DNA of 63,846 nucleotides, the filler included, from Craspedostauros australis (lineage: Eukaryota), in NCBI GenBank assembly GCA_030167865.1. It is 13 parts of 13 records of this genome, joined end to end, with 100 filler letters (N's around TTAATTAATTAA, not from the genome) between each part and the next. Parts side by side here need not be neighbours in the genome. Positions count along the whole stretch, not along the records: positions 1 to 8,070 come from JALAGF010006477.1; positions 8,171 to 14,289 come from JALAGF010006479.1; 11 more parts are not named here. One strand, given 5' to 3'. Each line of letters begins with the position of its first letter. Positions within the stretch are counted from its first letter, which is position 1. Below the pieces are notes generated by a model. The model did no database searches. It was not told the origin of the DNA and saw only the letters and a program-made list of their open reading frames with translations. This document shows positions 1 to 11,206 of this stretch, piece after piece. Both the position numbers and the translations under genes were made by a program.

Positions 1-276
1 GACTTCGTGGGAGGCTCTCTTGGACGAACGTGCGCGCTGCTCCGTTCGCCCGGCACTGCAAGCAAGCACGCTCTGGAGGGGAAGGAAACGAGTATCGAGC
101 TGAATGCCCTCCTGTGTGCTGTATCATTCTTGCACGCGTGCTGTTGTGCTCTATCTGGGGAGCCCGTAGTTCACCTTGCGCTCAACACGACCAATCATGG
201 ACATCCAGCCATGGATAGACAACATCGGACCGCGCACTGTCGTGGAGTCTTACCCTTGTCGTGAATCGGTCTTGTA

Positions 277-427
277 CTAGTCGTGCTCACGTCGTGCTCA
301 CGTCGTGCTCACGTCGCGCTGAAGTCGCGTCCCTTGCTCGTCCCCTTGCTCGTCCCTTGCACGTCCCCTTGCTCGTCGATTCCTGAAAAATCGACACCTC
401 CCTTACCGCACTTTACTTATAGAGAGA
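277..427 (-). mobile_element. Non-autonomous mini-Helitron (151 bp)
   Basis: On the minus strand it starts A|TCTCTCTATAAGTAAAG and ends GCACGACTAG|T, i.e. 5'-TC...CTAG-3' between A and T with no TSD. Short GC hairpins lie near the 3' end (CGCG-ACTTCAG-CGCG, CGTG-AG-CACG). Internal 11-12 bp tandem repeats. Confidence 0.5.
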
Positions 428-1454
428 TGTCGCAGTATCGTAGGTGATCAGTCTGGAGTCTCCGCGATGCAAATCTCTGTTATCAACTGTGTTTCAGAAT
501 GATGTTGCAATCAAGATCAAATACGTGTGCTACCATGGTATAGATCGTACGCTTACATTCATGCATTCTAATTTTCGAAAAGTGCACTCTATCGCCCTTA
601 AACATACAACTAGACTAGACATGGTAGTATGGCCCATTTCGCAACATGTCGCACCGACAAAACCGCGGTAATTGCGAGAAATTTGGTNNNNNNNNNNNNN
701 NNNNNNNNNNNNNNNNNNNNNNNNNNNNNNNNNNGTCGATCCGGTCCTCTGTCGTGTCTGTCGCATGTCCATGTCGTGCTTGTCGCAGGTCGATGTCATG
801 TCGGTGTCTGTCCCGACGTGTTACACATGGTGAAACACACGCCAGCCTCACGTCAATGTCCCGTTGGCTCCCCACAAACGAACTCCCCATGTCGTTCCTC
901 ACGAAACACATGGCGACGTGCCAACACGTCAGTGTACTTACATGTGTATACTCCGAGAGAGTGTCGCACACGACAGAAGACCCATGTTTCTCCACAATCG
1001 TCGACTAACAGGAGCAAATCAAATAGATACGTCGAGCGTTGAGTCTAGAGCAACGCTAGATATACACTATACTCATAGGCGTATAGTTCTTGATGCTTGT
1101 AGGAAACATCTATGTTTATTCAATGTATACATTCATTGCACTTGAAATAAATCAAAACGGATATACTATGGGATCTTCCAGGCAAAACGGATGCGTTGAA
1201 CTATAGTAGGGCAGAGTAGACATCTACGTATCCCGTGTTTTTGTGTTTCGCATTATCACGCTGCAACGCGGTGATCGATTGCTCCACGGATCCTCCCAGC
1301 GTGCGTGCTCCACAGCGCAAGGCACCGGTTCATCACACGTCGCACACGAACTCCTCAGGTTGCCGCGGAATGGAGCGAAGTCTTCCTCTCACAAATGACG
1401 TTCATACTCCATCGATCACCTCGTTCACGATTAACAAGTAAGTGCCGATACAAC

Positions 1455-2111
1455 ATGCCACGAAAAGCTGCTCCCACGAAGCACGACAGTTGTGATGGAG
1501 CGGAGTGGAACGAGCAGCTGTACTCCCAGATCCGCAAATTGAGGGCGAAGATCGAGAGCGGCGAAATTCCGATGAAGAAGACCGCGAGGGAAGTGTGGAA
1601 AGAGAATCCCGATTTGGCATTCCTGTCCAGGCGCAACTTCCCTCGGAACCTTCGGAATTTGCGAAATGCAGTGAAGAGAAGCCGCAAGAAGAAGGCAACT
1701 GAGGCCAGTACGTGACTTGAAGTGCATGCCTGAAATTGTCATTTGTTACTCGTTTATTCACGACATCATTTCTCACCCTTCTCAGTGCGCATGGATACCA
1801 AATTCTCTCCCAACGTTTCCGATCTTGTCGCGAACGCAACTGCGTACAAAGATCAATTTGACGAAGCAATCAAAAAAGTATCAACGCAGCAACCCGAAGA
1901 CGCGAAGGAAACCATGAACGCTTTTTCGCGCATGGCCTACAGCCCGGCACCCACCGCTCCAACAAGGCACGGGAAATTCGTTGAAAGTGTGTCCGGAGAA
2001 CGGACAAACGCCCTTCGCCACACCAAACCCGTGTTCGAGACACTCCTCGACGCCAACGAGCCAAGACCAACTCCGATGTTCCAATCTGTGAAGGTTAAAA
2101 AGACGTTATAG
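1455..2111 (+). CDS. Two-exon hypothetical protein, 192 aa (exons 1455-1707 and 1786-2111)
   Basis: 78-bp GTACGT...TCTCAC...CTCAG intron (1708-1785). The phase-1 splice joins ORF 1305..1715 and ORF 1743..2111 in frame. Basic helical N-terminal domain (WNEQLYSQIRKLRAKIESGEIP...NFPRNLRNLR). Confidence 0.65.
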
Positions 2112-2128
2112 GCGGTAACGTCGATTTT

Positions 2129-2288
2129 ATTACTTTCATTGAAACGTCATTACTTTCATTGAAACGCTATTACTTTCATTGAAACGCTATTACTTTCATT
2201 GAATCGTGATTACTTTCATTGAAACGCTATTACTTTCATTGAATCGTGATTACTTTCATTGAATCGTGATTACTTTCATTGAAACGTC
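2129..2288 (+). repeat. 20-bp tandem array ATTACTTTCATTGAA(A/T)CGNN x8
   Basis: Eight consecutive 20-bp units are directly visible. The same unit recurs at 5556-5595 and 5832-5888. Confidence 0.95.
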
Positions 2289-5200
2289 ACGACTGACATC
2301 GAATGTTTGTGGGAGTCNTTTGATTCACGATTTGACGAATCCACGTTTGGACATCCATTCGAACAAAAACAAAATCGTGCGCATGATGCAAACACACGCA
2401 CAACAACAAGTGCTTGCCCTTACTGTGCAACACAATTCATAACATTACCACAAGCAGTAGAAGTAGGGTTCCAGATGTAAAAAATTCTATCTTCCATAGT
2501 ACAACTGTTGCTGTAGTGTTGTTACCATTTTTATTTCTGCTTGTCCTTCTTGCGTTGTTGCTGATACAAAGACTCATTTGGTTGATCGTCCTTGCCATTT
2601 GGTCGATTGCGTCAGTCTCCCATTTGAGTATTTGGCTGTGAGGCAGAATGATGTGATGGGAGTTGGGTGACGGATGCTTGGCTGTGGGTTGATGTGCCAA
2701 CTAGATCAACGGAGTACTACTCCACCACTGGAAAGTGTCTCTGCTCCATGGTGGAAGCTATGGTGCTTGAGACAGGGCTGCCAGAGGTGTAGTCGTGCTA
2801 CCCCAGTAGAATGAAGCATCTCTACACTTCCACATTGTCTACCCGGACGCAGGAAAATGCGTGGCAGGCTGACATGTGTATGTAGGTCTCCATTTCCCCT
2901 CTCCAACCGCCAAGACAGAACAACCAACTCATTAGGGATGCAATCCTCCTAGTAGAATACTCCTAGAAGCAAGAGGCTATGATCAATCAATGCCTGGTGC
3001 ACCTGTAAGCCATATGGAAGTCAGACCTGCTCAACATAAATGGGATGGCCATATGACAGCAAGTCCTACATCCCAGAGAGCACGCCAAACCTCATTTGAG
3101 TCTGAAATGGCTGCTGCTTGGATTGTGGTAGCTATCCCAATGGAAACTATGGTGGTCGGCCATCATCTCCTGGCCAGGAGCCAATATTGTGATCAACAAC
3201 ATCTAAGCTAGGCCAAGGTCCTGATACGGTCTGTTTTCGAGACATCCAGGCTACCTCTTGTTGGAGGATGGCCAGATAGTCCAGGAAGTGGGCCAAAGAT
3301 CATTGTATTGGGCACGTAGCAGAGGGATCAGGGGAGGCACATATCATCACCAGACAGGCACCACCCTCATGAAGCCATTGCTACCAGTTCATGAACACTT
3401 GGCAAGGGGACTAGCTGGTCCCAGGCCACATATTGAACTGCATTGAGCTAACAGTGAGGCAGAATGCAATCATCAGCTAGTTGCTCCACAGCGCCGATCC
3501 CAGCCAATGATGGGCGGTCGAACAAATGGTGTCCACTGGTGGAGAGGAAGGCTTTGTTGCCAGCGTCGGCAACAGGACATGCGTGGCCTGCAGGGACAGG
3601 TCATCCAAAAATGGAATCGTCACTCCAGCCGCAGAAATACAACCACCATTTCTGACCCCTGTCTCCACAGTCACATTTGTGAACGAGGTGCCATGCGGGA
3701 GCCAGCTGATGCAACCGCATCAAGCAGAGCTTGCCGGTATCTACAGCATATTTGCGTGGATCTAGCATGCCGAATTGGTCCATGGGATCAGATGGTGCGT
3801 CCAACTTGCCTGTGACAACGTGTCAGCGCTTGTGGTTCTCGATCCAGCGCGCACCGTCAGGCTGGAGGATGCGGACAGCAATCTAGCAAGCACTACTCAT
3901 TTCATTGCTTGCAACCTGCAGTCTTGAGCTACTGGATGGCATGTCAAAGGGCGCCAGGACAACAAGGGACTTCCTGTCAAGGACGCTTGGGCGCACATGA
4001 ACATGTTGGTGGACATGTTGGCAGGTTTGCACTGGCGGTGCATGGAGATACAAGGAAGCATTGCCTGGACATCAGTGGTGCACGGAGAGAGTATAGCCTG
4101 CTATCATCTCCACACAAAGCTATCCCCCCATCACATATAAGGCCATGCCAGGGCAGCTCTGGAATCGCCAATTCATGGATAGGTTCCTCTGGAGCCAGTT
4201 TATTTGCGAAGTCGGCCAAGACCAAGTTGCATTGGTGGCTGCAATGCCCAGGTTGAGTGAATCCAAACAATGCACCACCTTCAAGCTAGTCCACAGTGAG
4301 ATCGTGTCTGGGAAACAGATGAAGCAGTGGCATGTACGGACCAGCAACAGGTGCCCAACATGCGGAAAGACCAAGTACAGAAATCACATGTGGTTGTGCC
4401 AAGGCCTGCTCATGCAATCCACATGGAGTGAAGATCTTGCAGAGATGTGACAGAAAATGAAGGCCTGGAAAATGCACCCCTCGGTCACCACCGGTATCGT
4501 GGGGAGGCCAAGACAGATCAGCAGAGATGTGCCACCGCTCAGCAGTTGGCAGAACTCTCCCTCCGATAACAATATCCGCAGACAGCAAGTGGATGTTGGA
4601 TGGGACAGTGCGGATGGAACAGCTGCACCCTTTCCTTGGCAATACTGTTGAAGTATCAACTGGGCTATGTAAATGGATGGTCATGCACTCTGGCACTCAA
4701 GTCAGCTCCAACAGATGACCAACTGGATGGCGACAGCTGCCGCATCCTGCACAACTTGCAGTACCACATCACTGGCCACATCACCGGCCACACCAATGCA
4801 GCAACCAGATTCCATACCCCCTCTTCGTGAGTGGAAGAGTAGAAAGGAGGAGGAGAAAAGTGCAGTCGACGCATTCTCATGTGAATTGAGTATAATTCTT
4901 GAGCTGTTATTGTGATTAGACCAATGGTGTGCTCTGCTTCATCTATGTGGCTTGCATGTACAAGGGTTCACTGTGGCCGCAGGTTCAAGCAACAATCAAC
5001 TCCGACATGGATTGTCATGAGGGATAGGTAGACTGGTGCAGTTCTTGTGGTGGGGATGTGGCAGTTTGGAGGGATGGCGACAGACATGCCTGAACACAAG
5101 TGATGGCCAGTACTTATTTATGGGAAATCTCTATATACCTTCAGCAATGGCACTGCTGATGCAGCACTGATAGTTGTGGAGCACTTGTACATACTAGTGT

Positions 5201-5548
5201 GAGCTACTCTGCCATACCACACAAACATGATATAATATAATATAATATAATATAATATAATAGATCGCAGTCTCTCTCGCTCTTGCTCTGGCTTTGCAGT
5301 TGTGCTGTGTCACAACAATGCCAAATAGAGAATGTACCAATCGTGCAAAGTACACAATGGTAGTACTTGCACCAAGAACACATGTATAACCAGCGTTATC
5401 GTTCGCTGCATTCACTGATGCAGGCAGCGCGCACATCAAGTTCTTGTTGTTTTGGAATGACACAAAACTGATTCATCGTGTGCGGTTGTGTGAGTTGTGT
5501 CGAGTTTCGACAAAATCGTGTGAGTCGTGTTTTCGTCGTTCAGTCGTG
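2288..5548. mobile_element. Putative non-autonomous TIR DNA transposon with CAC...GTG ends (CMC/CACTA-like), carrying a LINE remnant
   Basis: CACGACTGA at 2288-2296 is the reverse complement of TCAGTCGTG at 5540-5548, with patchy inverted similarity for about 100 bp inward. GT flanks both ends (2286-2287, 5549-5550). It splits the 20-bp array. Confidence 0.45.
2700..5262 (+). mobile_element. Degenerate non-LTR retrotransposon 3' part (post-RT region, RNase H, Cys/His zinc knuckle; Ambal-like)
   Basis: Broken frames give INQCLVHL*AIWKSDLLNING, RNase H motifs QAELAGIYSI / CDNVSAL / HVKGRQD / NMLVDMLA, then GKQMKQW...RCPTCG...HMWLC and QQVDVGW. Ends in a (TATAA)6 tail at 5231-5260. Many stops and frameshifts; left boundary approximate. 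Confidence 0.75.
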
Positions 5549-5555
5549 GTCCGAC

Positions 5556-5888
5556 ATTACTTTCATTGAAACGTCATTACTTTCATTGAAACGCTATGAG
5601 CCCCTCGAGTGAGTCGACCAACACTTTGAAATGGACCTCTTGGATTTTTGTCTCCGTTGTCCAAACCAAGCACATATTCGTAATCCCTGTACGTCTAATA
5701 CAAATAATTAACCATTACATTTTTGAGTTAGATCCTATTTTAAGTTTTACGGACCGATGGATATGCGCAATTTTCGNNNNNNNNNNNNNNNNNNNNNNNN
5801 NNNNNNNNNNNNNNNNNNNNNNNNNNTCGTCATTACTTTCATTGAAACGTCATTACTTTCATTGAAACGTCATTACTTTCATTGAATC
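5556..5888 (+). repeat. Further copies of the 20-bp ATTACTTTCATTGAAACG unit (x2 at 5556-5595, x3 at 5832-5888)
   Basis: Same unit as 2129-2288, same orientation. Confidence 0.9.
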
Positions 5889-6385
5889 AGTTTGTTGTCA
5901 TTGGAGTTCGCTTTTTGAACATATAGACGTTAAAAACGTTATTCTAGAACGAATGTTGCAATCAGTTGAGTCGAACTTCAACATGGCTTCAGCGATTCAA
6001 AGTAAATCGTCGAAGTGGTCGAACACGCTCTAAGTCGTGTTTCAACGTTTTTCCCGTGCCTTGCGGGATCTCCTCTCGATTCCGCAAGAGCGCAGAGACA
6101 CTGAATTCCTCATGATCGACACACAAGGCCCAAGGCTGTTGCGGAATACGAAGTGATTGGACACGGAGACTCCACAAAGAGAACGATCTAGCCACTCCAA
6201 CAACGACGCCAATCAAAGCTGGGCTTCCACTTTAACAGAACATCGACCACAACCCAGTCGAAGTAAAGTGGAGTGAATCGAGTGGTCGTATAGCAGACCA
6301 GAGTGACGCAACGTACCAGTCGAGTGCAAGACCACAACATCTCTATCACTGGAAGAGAACAACAACAACAGCAGCAACAAGCAAG

Positions 6386-7945
6386 ATGGAGAAGGCTGAC
6401 AACATGACCGGGCGACACACAAAGATCATGAAGTCAGCGGCCTTCATCATTCTGCTGTGCGTCATGTCGTTGTTCTCCGCAACCAAATTGACCCACGTCG
6501 CCCCCGAGAAGCAGTACGCCCAGCAGTCAGTATTTGCCAGCAACTCGGTATCCCACAATGGCAATGACAATGACAATGACAATGGCGGTATTGCAGGTAT
6601 GGAAGAGCAGCAAGCAGAAGAGCAGATGAAGATGGAACGAAGTGCGGAGCCGCAATCTGCAACGACTACGCAACCGACGACTACGCAAGTAACAACGACA
6701 GAAGCAACGACGCAATCACAATCCACAACGACAATATCGACACAGTCGACACCATCAACGTCAGACGCTACGTACTTCCCAGACTTCATCATGCAACAAC
6801 AGCACAATGCCGCCTTCGCGGAGGCGACCGACGCCAACTGCACCATCACGGATCCCGATCTTCCCGGCCGGTACCTTACCGGCAACTTCCCGACCAGTTA
6901 TCCGCTCCATGAATTCATTGGGTGCCTCGACGGCAACTTCAGCAAGTTCCCACCGGGCGACTCCGCCAATCAGCCTGAAACCGTGGCCTGTGCCATCGCT
7001 GGAGGCTCAGTGTTTGGCCCTTTTCCCCACAAGCTGCAGCATCTTCTGCAGTGCTGGTCGTTGTGGCGTCGGTACCCCAACTCCAAGCACGTCATGCTGC
7101 TGGATGACATCCAGAACCGTTCCATGACGACGGGAAGCACCTTCAACCTCGGCCTCACGAGCATGATCACGGCGCAGGGCGTCATCGTGGACTCCAACTT
7201 CACAACACCCAAGAACTACTCACAAACCTACAATGGCGATGCCAACAAGCTCTTCGTGGGCGTGACCAGCAAATTCAAAGGATACAAAATCGCCGATACG
7301 GAGGATCTCAAGGATTTCAGGCAGAAAATGTTGGAATCGATTTCGTCGCATCGCGATTCCATCGAATATTGCTCCAAAAACTTGCACATTGACAATCCGC
7401 TCTTCCCCAGCAATGTCACGAAACCACAGCAGCACGCGCTGCCCATGCCGCGCATCGTTATCATCAATCGAAAGGGCGCACGTCGTTTGCTCGCTCCCGA
7501 TTCCATCGCGCGGCTGTTGCAAGACGAATTGGGATTATCCTACCGGCCGCCCGTCGTTTACTTCGAAGACTTCTCGTTCGATCACCAGGCGGAAACCTTC
7601 CTGCAGGCCGATATCGTCGTAACACCGCACGGCGCGCAATGCACCGGCGCTTTCTTCATGCCGCAGTGCGGATCGCTGATCGAATCGTTTCCGTTGGGAT
7701 TGGATTATCCCGTCTTCTACGGACGCCTGGCGCGCATCTCCCTGCTGAATCATTCCTACATCTACTTGGGCACCAACATGCAAGCAGAGGCGGTCGAGGT
7801 CATGAAGACATTGACATCGCGCAGCGCAGCGCGCAATAAGCAATTGTGCCTGCCGGCGCCGCGGATTTTGGAAGCCGTGCGCACGCAGATTGATGAGTGG
7901 CGACGGTGTTGTGGGTTTGGGGACGAGGCGGCGGTGATGTCATAA
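6386..7945 (+). CDS. Glycosyltransferase family 61-like (DUF563) type II membrane protein, 519 aa
   Basis: Intact ORF with an N-terminal TM anchor (AAFIILLCVMSLF) and a Thr/Ser-rich stem. C-terminal GT61-type motifs: PRIVIINRK..RRL, FEDFSFDHQA..F..ADIVVTPHGAQ....FMP....LIE. Confidence 0.8.
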   Translation: MEKADNMTGRHTKIMKSAAFIILLCVMSLFSATKLTHVAPEKQYAQQSVFASNSVSHNGNDNDNDNGGIAGMEEQQAEEQMKMERSAEPQSATTTQPTTTQVTTTEATTQSQSTTTISTQSTPSTSDATYFPDFIMQQQHNAAFAEATDANCTITDPDLPGRYLTGNFPTSYPLHEFIGCLDGNFSKFPPGDSANQPETVACAIAGGSVFGPFPHKLQHLLQCWSLWRRYPNSKHVMLLDDIQNRSMTTGSTFNLGLTSMITAQGVIVDSNFTTPKNYSQTYNGDANKLFVGVTSKFKGYKIADTEDLKDFRQKMLESISSHRDSIEYCSKNLHIDNPLFPSNVTKPQQHALPMPRIVIINRKGARRLLAPDSIARLLQDELGLSYRPPVVYFEDFSFDHQAETFLQADIVVTPHGAQCTGAFFMPQCGSLIESFPLGLDYPVFYGRLARISLLNHSYIYLGTNMQAEAVEVMKTLTSRSAARNKQLCLPAPRILEAVRTQIDEWRRCCGFGDEAAVMS

Positions 7946-8114
7946 GGAGTGTGGCTGGAGGCACGCACGAAGCAGCGGGCAGAGTTGAAGAACGAGCTGA
8001 GTCGGAAAGGGATACGCACTCAATGAAGCATGATTTTCCTGCTTGCGACTAGTACTCGTACGACCCACACNNNNNNNNNNNNNNNNNNNNNNNNNNNNNN
8101 NNNNNNNNNNNNNN

Positions 8115-8126
8115 TTAATTAATTAA
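8115..8126. other. Artificial scaffold-joining spacer TTAATTAATTAA (first of 12)
   Basis: Six-frame-stop 12-mer embedded in N runs at 8115, 14334, 27798, 29709, 32796, 41506, 42974, 46808, 49493, 57033, 58647 and 60553. Confidence 0.97.
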
Positions 8127-8170
8127 NNNNNNNNNNNNNNNNNNNNNNNNNNNNNNNNNNNNNNNNNNNN

Positions 8171-8251
8171 AAGTGCGTATGAGAGAATAACGGGTGAACG
8201 ATGCACATATACACGTACATCTTGACATATACTCACATGTACATCTCGACA
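8171..8251 (-). mobile_element. 5' (U3) end of Copia family A LTR, cut by gap
   Basis: Reverse complement of 10391-10470 (TGTC[A/G]AGATGTACATGTGAGTATATG...). Confidence 0.8.
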
Positions 8252-8540
8252 CACCCAAGACCACGATCCAGATGACAATAAGTTCCAAGCATCCAAAGGC
8301 AACCATCGAGATGACCGGAGGGAGGAACTGAAATGAAGTGGGACCAGTGAAGTGACAGGAGACCGAAGGAGAGGTACCTACAGGTCTACGAGTATGAACT
8401 TGACGAATGTAGGTACTCTCCAACTCTCAGCTAAGCAAGCGATGAACCACGATGAACGCAAGATGGAGATGCAGACGAAAGGAGCCAAGCTAAAGGGTGT
8501 AACCTTGGGTGGNNNNNNNNNNNNNNNNNNNNNNNNNNNN

Positions 8541-9237
8541 TGGAATCGAAAGGAGATGAGCATGTTGTGCTCACAGTTCTAAAACGGTACAGACTGATAA
8601 CAGATTAGTCTACTACTATAACCCCGGATTTCCAACACAGCGGAATGCGACGTTGGCGTCGGAAAGTTCGGCCTCACGGCCCACAGAGAGCTTTGGGGTG
8701 GCTGCCGCTGCTCCAAGGCTTTCTGCACATGGACTGGCGCAGGCAACAACACGAATGGATGAAACATAATCAGTCCAAGCACAGAACGTCGGAAGCCTGG
8801 GCGGCCGATGTGATACGCCGGATATGGAAGATTCCCTGGGCCGTATGACTCGCCAGGAACAACCTGGTCCATGAAGCTCCAGATTCGGAGGTGGCACGTG
8901 CTCGCAATTTTGCGCGGCGACTTCGCTCCTTCCATCCCCCGGCCTTACCCTGCGCGAATCGCAGGTCCTTCAGCAAGGCGGGGTGGCCGACACTGGCACA
9001 CATCATCAAGTTCTAACATGGATCGAAAAGGCGAAACAGGTATGGCGAGATGCACGGGCACGGCAGAGGCGCCAATCGATGACACAAGAACGCTCTCTGA
9101 TGGCCGGGTGGCTTGTCAAACTTTGATCGCACTTTCGACAGCTCGCTCAACACCGGGCCCTAGCGGGGCCCGTCTAGACGAGGATAAAGCCCTAGCGGCA
9201 CGTAACGTAATCTCTGAGTTATTATTATTATTATTAT
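8541..9237 (+). mobile_element. 3' end of a degenerate LINE (Ambal-like ORF2 C-terminus, 3'UTR and (TTA)n tail)
   Basis: QRALGWLPLLQGFLHMDW...WAADVIRRIWKIPWAV*LARNNLVH, then after a frameshift TWIEKAKQVW...ERSLMAGWLVKL* (stop 9124-9126). GC hairpin CGGGCCC-TAGCG-GGGCCCG in the UTR and (TTA)6 at 9219-9236. Confidence 0.7.
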
Positions 9238-9343
9238 GACCGCAGCCTTCCAGCATCGAACCAGTCCACCGGTTGTACCGGCTGTTGACGAATCTATCCC
9301 AACTCCATGTTATGCGCTTCCTGATCCCCAATAGTACCGCCCA

Positions 9344-10390
9344 TTACATGGCAGCGGTGTAGCGTAGAAACGGTTGGACAAGAAGGTCAAACTGAGCGTA
9401 GTGAAACCTCATGTCTATTTCGTTTCGACGCCCACCTCCTGGTCCTCGTGTTTCCCAACGATTGACCAATTTGATGTCAGATTCGCTTACCTTTTGATCC
9501 AGAGCTCGAGTGTCGGAGGCTCGTCGAAAAGAGCGAAAGCAATGGTAGTTTTCTCGCAATTTGGAAGCCTGAGTGATGTCGGGAGGAAAGAGTGCGCGAT
9601 TGGATTCCCAGATGCTCTCCAAAATGTCGTGAAGTGCGTCATCCAATTCCTTGAGAGTATACAAAACTCCGTCCTTGGAAGAGATCGCCGGTCCAAGACG
9701 TTTCTGTGCCTTGTTTTTGATATGAAGAAGCTCTGCAACGATGCGTTGCACCTTGATACCAGACTTAGTGTTGGTAGACACCGGGATGATGTGTTGATAT
9801 GACTGATGTTCCCCTTTGAATTTGCATTGTAACACGATAGTGAAATGGTTTTTCGGTTTGGGACGTGACCATTCCTTGAGCGTAGCTCCCAAGTCAAGCA
9901 TTTGAGCTTCCGTCCCTCGCAGAGAGAGAGAGAGAGAACGGATGACAGCATTGCGTATGCCATAAACGCGGCCCACTGATGTTGATCTGCGTCCAACGGT
10001 TCGCACTCATCCAGACGTTCCTGTGCGACGTCCAATATGACCAACACCAAGTCTGTAGAGAAACCCCTGTTTGGTCGCCAATCCTGTCCCATGCGATATC
10101 TGCAGCCTTCGTTGAACCTGGTGAACCAGAAAGAACCGCATGGATCAGTGGTGATATGTTGGTACCGACCCTTTTGATCACCCATGCTCAAGGAATGTTG
10201 AGTGGCTGCGGCTGATGCTCTGATGTGATTTGAATAGGTTGCTCGTGCCTTGCGGATAGTATCGTACTGTGTATGCGTTTTCGAGTGTTGTCCAGGCTTC
10301 AGCGACATCAATACCATCAAGATCGCGACTTGGTAGCTGCAATGATCGAACGGAGGTAATGGTCCATGCGCTTCAAATGGACCCTCCAAC
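9344..10390 (-). pseudogene. Tyrosine recombinase (DIRS/Crypton-type), 5'-truncated, one frameshift
   Basis: ORFs 9487..10389 and 9344..10006 join at an (AG)n run (9921-9937). Catalytic-type residues occur in order: LRGTE (R), FKGE (K), RSFRR (HxxR equivalent), NRW (W), MRFHY (Y). Cut exactly by the LTR at 10391. Confidence 0.8.
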
Positions 10391-11199
10391 TGTCAAGATG
10401 TACATGTGAGTATATGCCGAGATGTACGTGTATATGTGCATCGTTCACCTGTTATTCTCTTATACATGTTTGGACGGTAAAACTACATTCGTGTCAATAG
10501 AATGCTGTGATTTGTCAGAATCACAGCGGAAATGGAACACACGAAAATGAGCAGAATTTATGGAGGAAATTTGTAATCAACGATTTCTGAGAGAATCAGG
10601 AACATCGTCCGTCCATCCACCAATGAAAACGTATGGTATCGAGCAAAGCTCAAGGTACCTCCCAACTAAACCCCAGATGATGATATCATCTGACAGACCA
10701 TTGCATCATCAATGGAACGTGACATCTGGAAGAACATGGAATACAACAGCTGACATCGACAGGATGTCATCATGTCACCACATCAACATCTGTCTCCATG
10801 TCAGGAGCAGGAGGCGAAGATCCGAATGACCGAAGGGCATCAAGATCATGGATACAGGAGGTGAAGTTCAAATGGTAAGTACTCATGGAGTAGGGACCAG
10901 CAGTGAACAAACGGAGTGTTGAATGTGGAGTACGCATCGAACACGGAGTGTCGTGTAACATGAACATGATATTGAGAGAGAGACAGAGAATACGAATAGC
11001 AGCGAGAGAGCATGTCATGTACCGACTCATAGTTGGAGACCCAATCTACAAAACAGAGAGACGCGCTGAGAGCATCGGGCAAGAGAACAGAGACACTGAG
11101 AGGATCGGAGTGCCAATGTAATGAAATAGCAAACAGAACGACTATCAACCAACACCATCTTCCACAATCATAGGCATCCAATCATGGAACTTGCCAACA
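10391..11199 (+). mobile_element. Copia family A LTR, full length (about 809 bp)
   Basis: TGTCAAG...GGAACTTGCCAACA termini. Homologous to copies at 14390, 27854, 28403, 48885, 58848 and 59193. No TSD (CCAAC vs CTCTT). Confidence 0.8.
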
Positions 11200-11206
11200 C
11201 TCTTGC

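Noticed and set aside
640..1005. TGTCG/CGACA-rich segment as a MITE
   Set aside because: Motif-rich but interrupted by a gap, and no clear termini or TSD can be defined.
2129..2288. CRISPR-like array (also 12532-12667)
   Set aside because: Units abut directly with no unique spacers, there are no cas genes, and the context is eukaryotic.
5194..5264. Tiny Helitron on minus (A|TCTATT...CTAG|T)
   Set aside because: Only about 70 bp, and the (TATAA)n is better explained as the tail of the upstream LINE.
8171..10470. DIRS inverted terminal repeats around the YR gene
   Set aside because: The inverted segments are U3 ends of the dispersed Copia family A LTR, and one of them truncates the YR.
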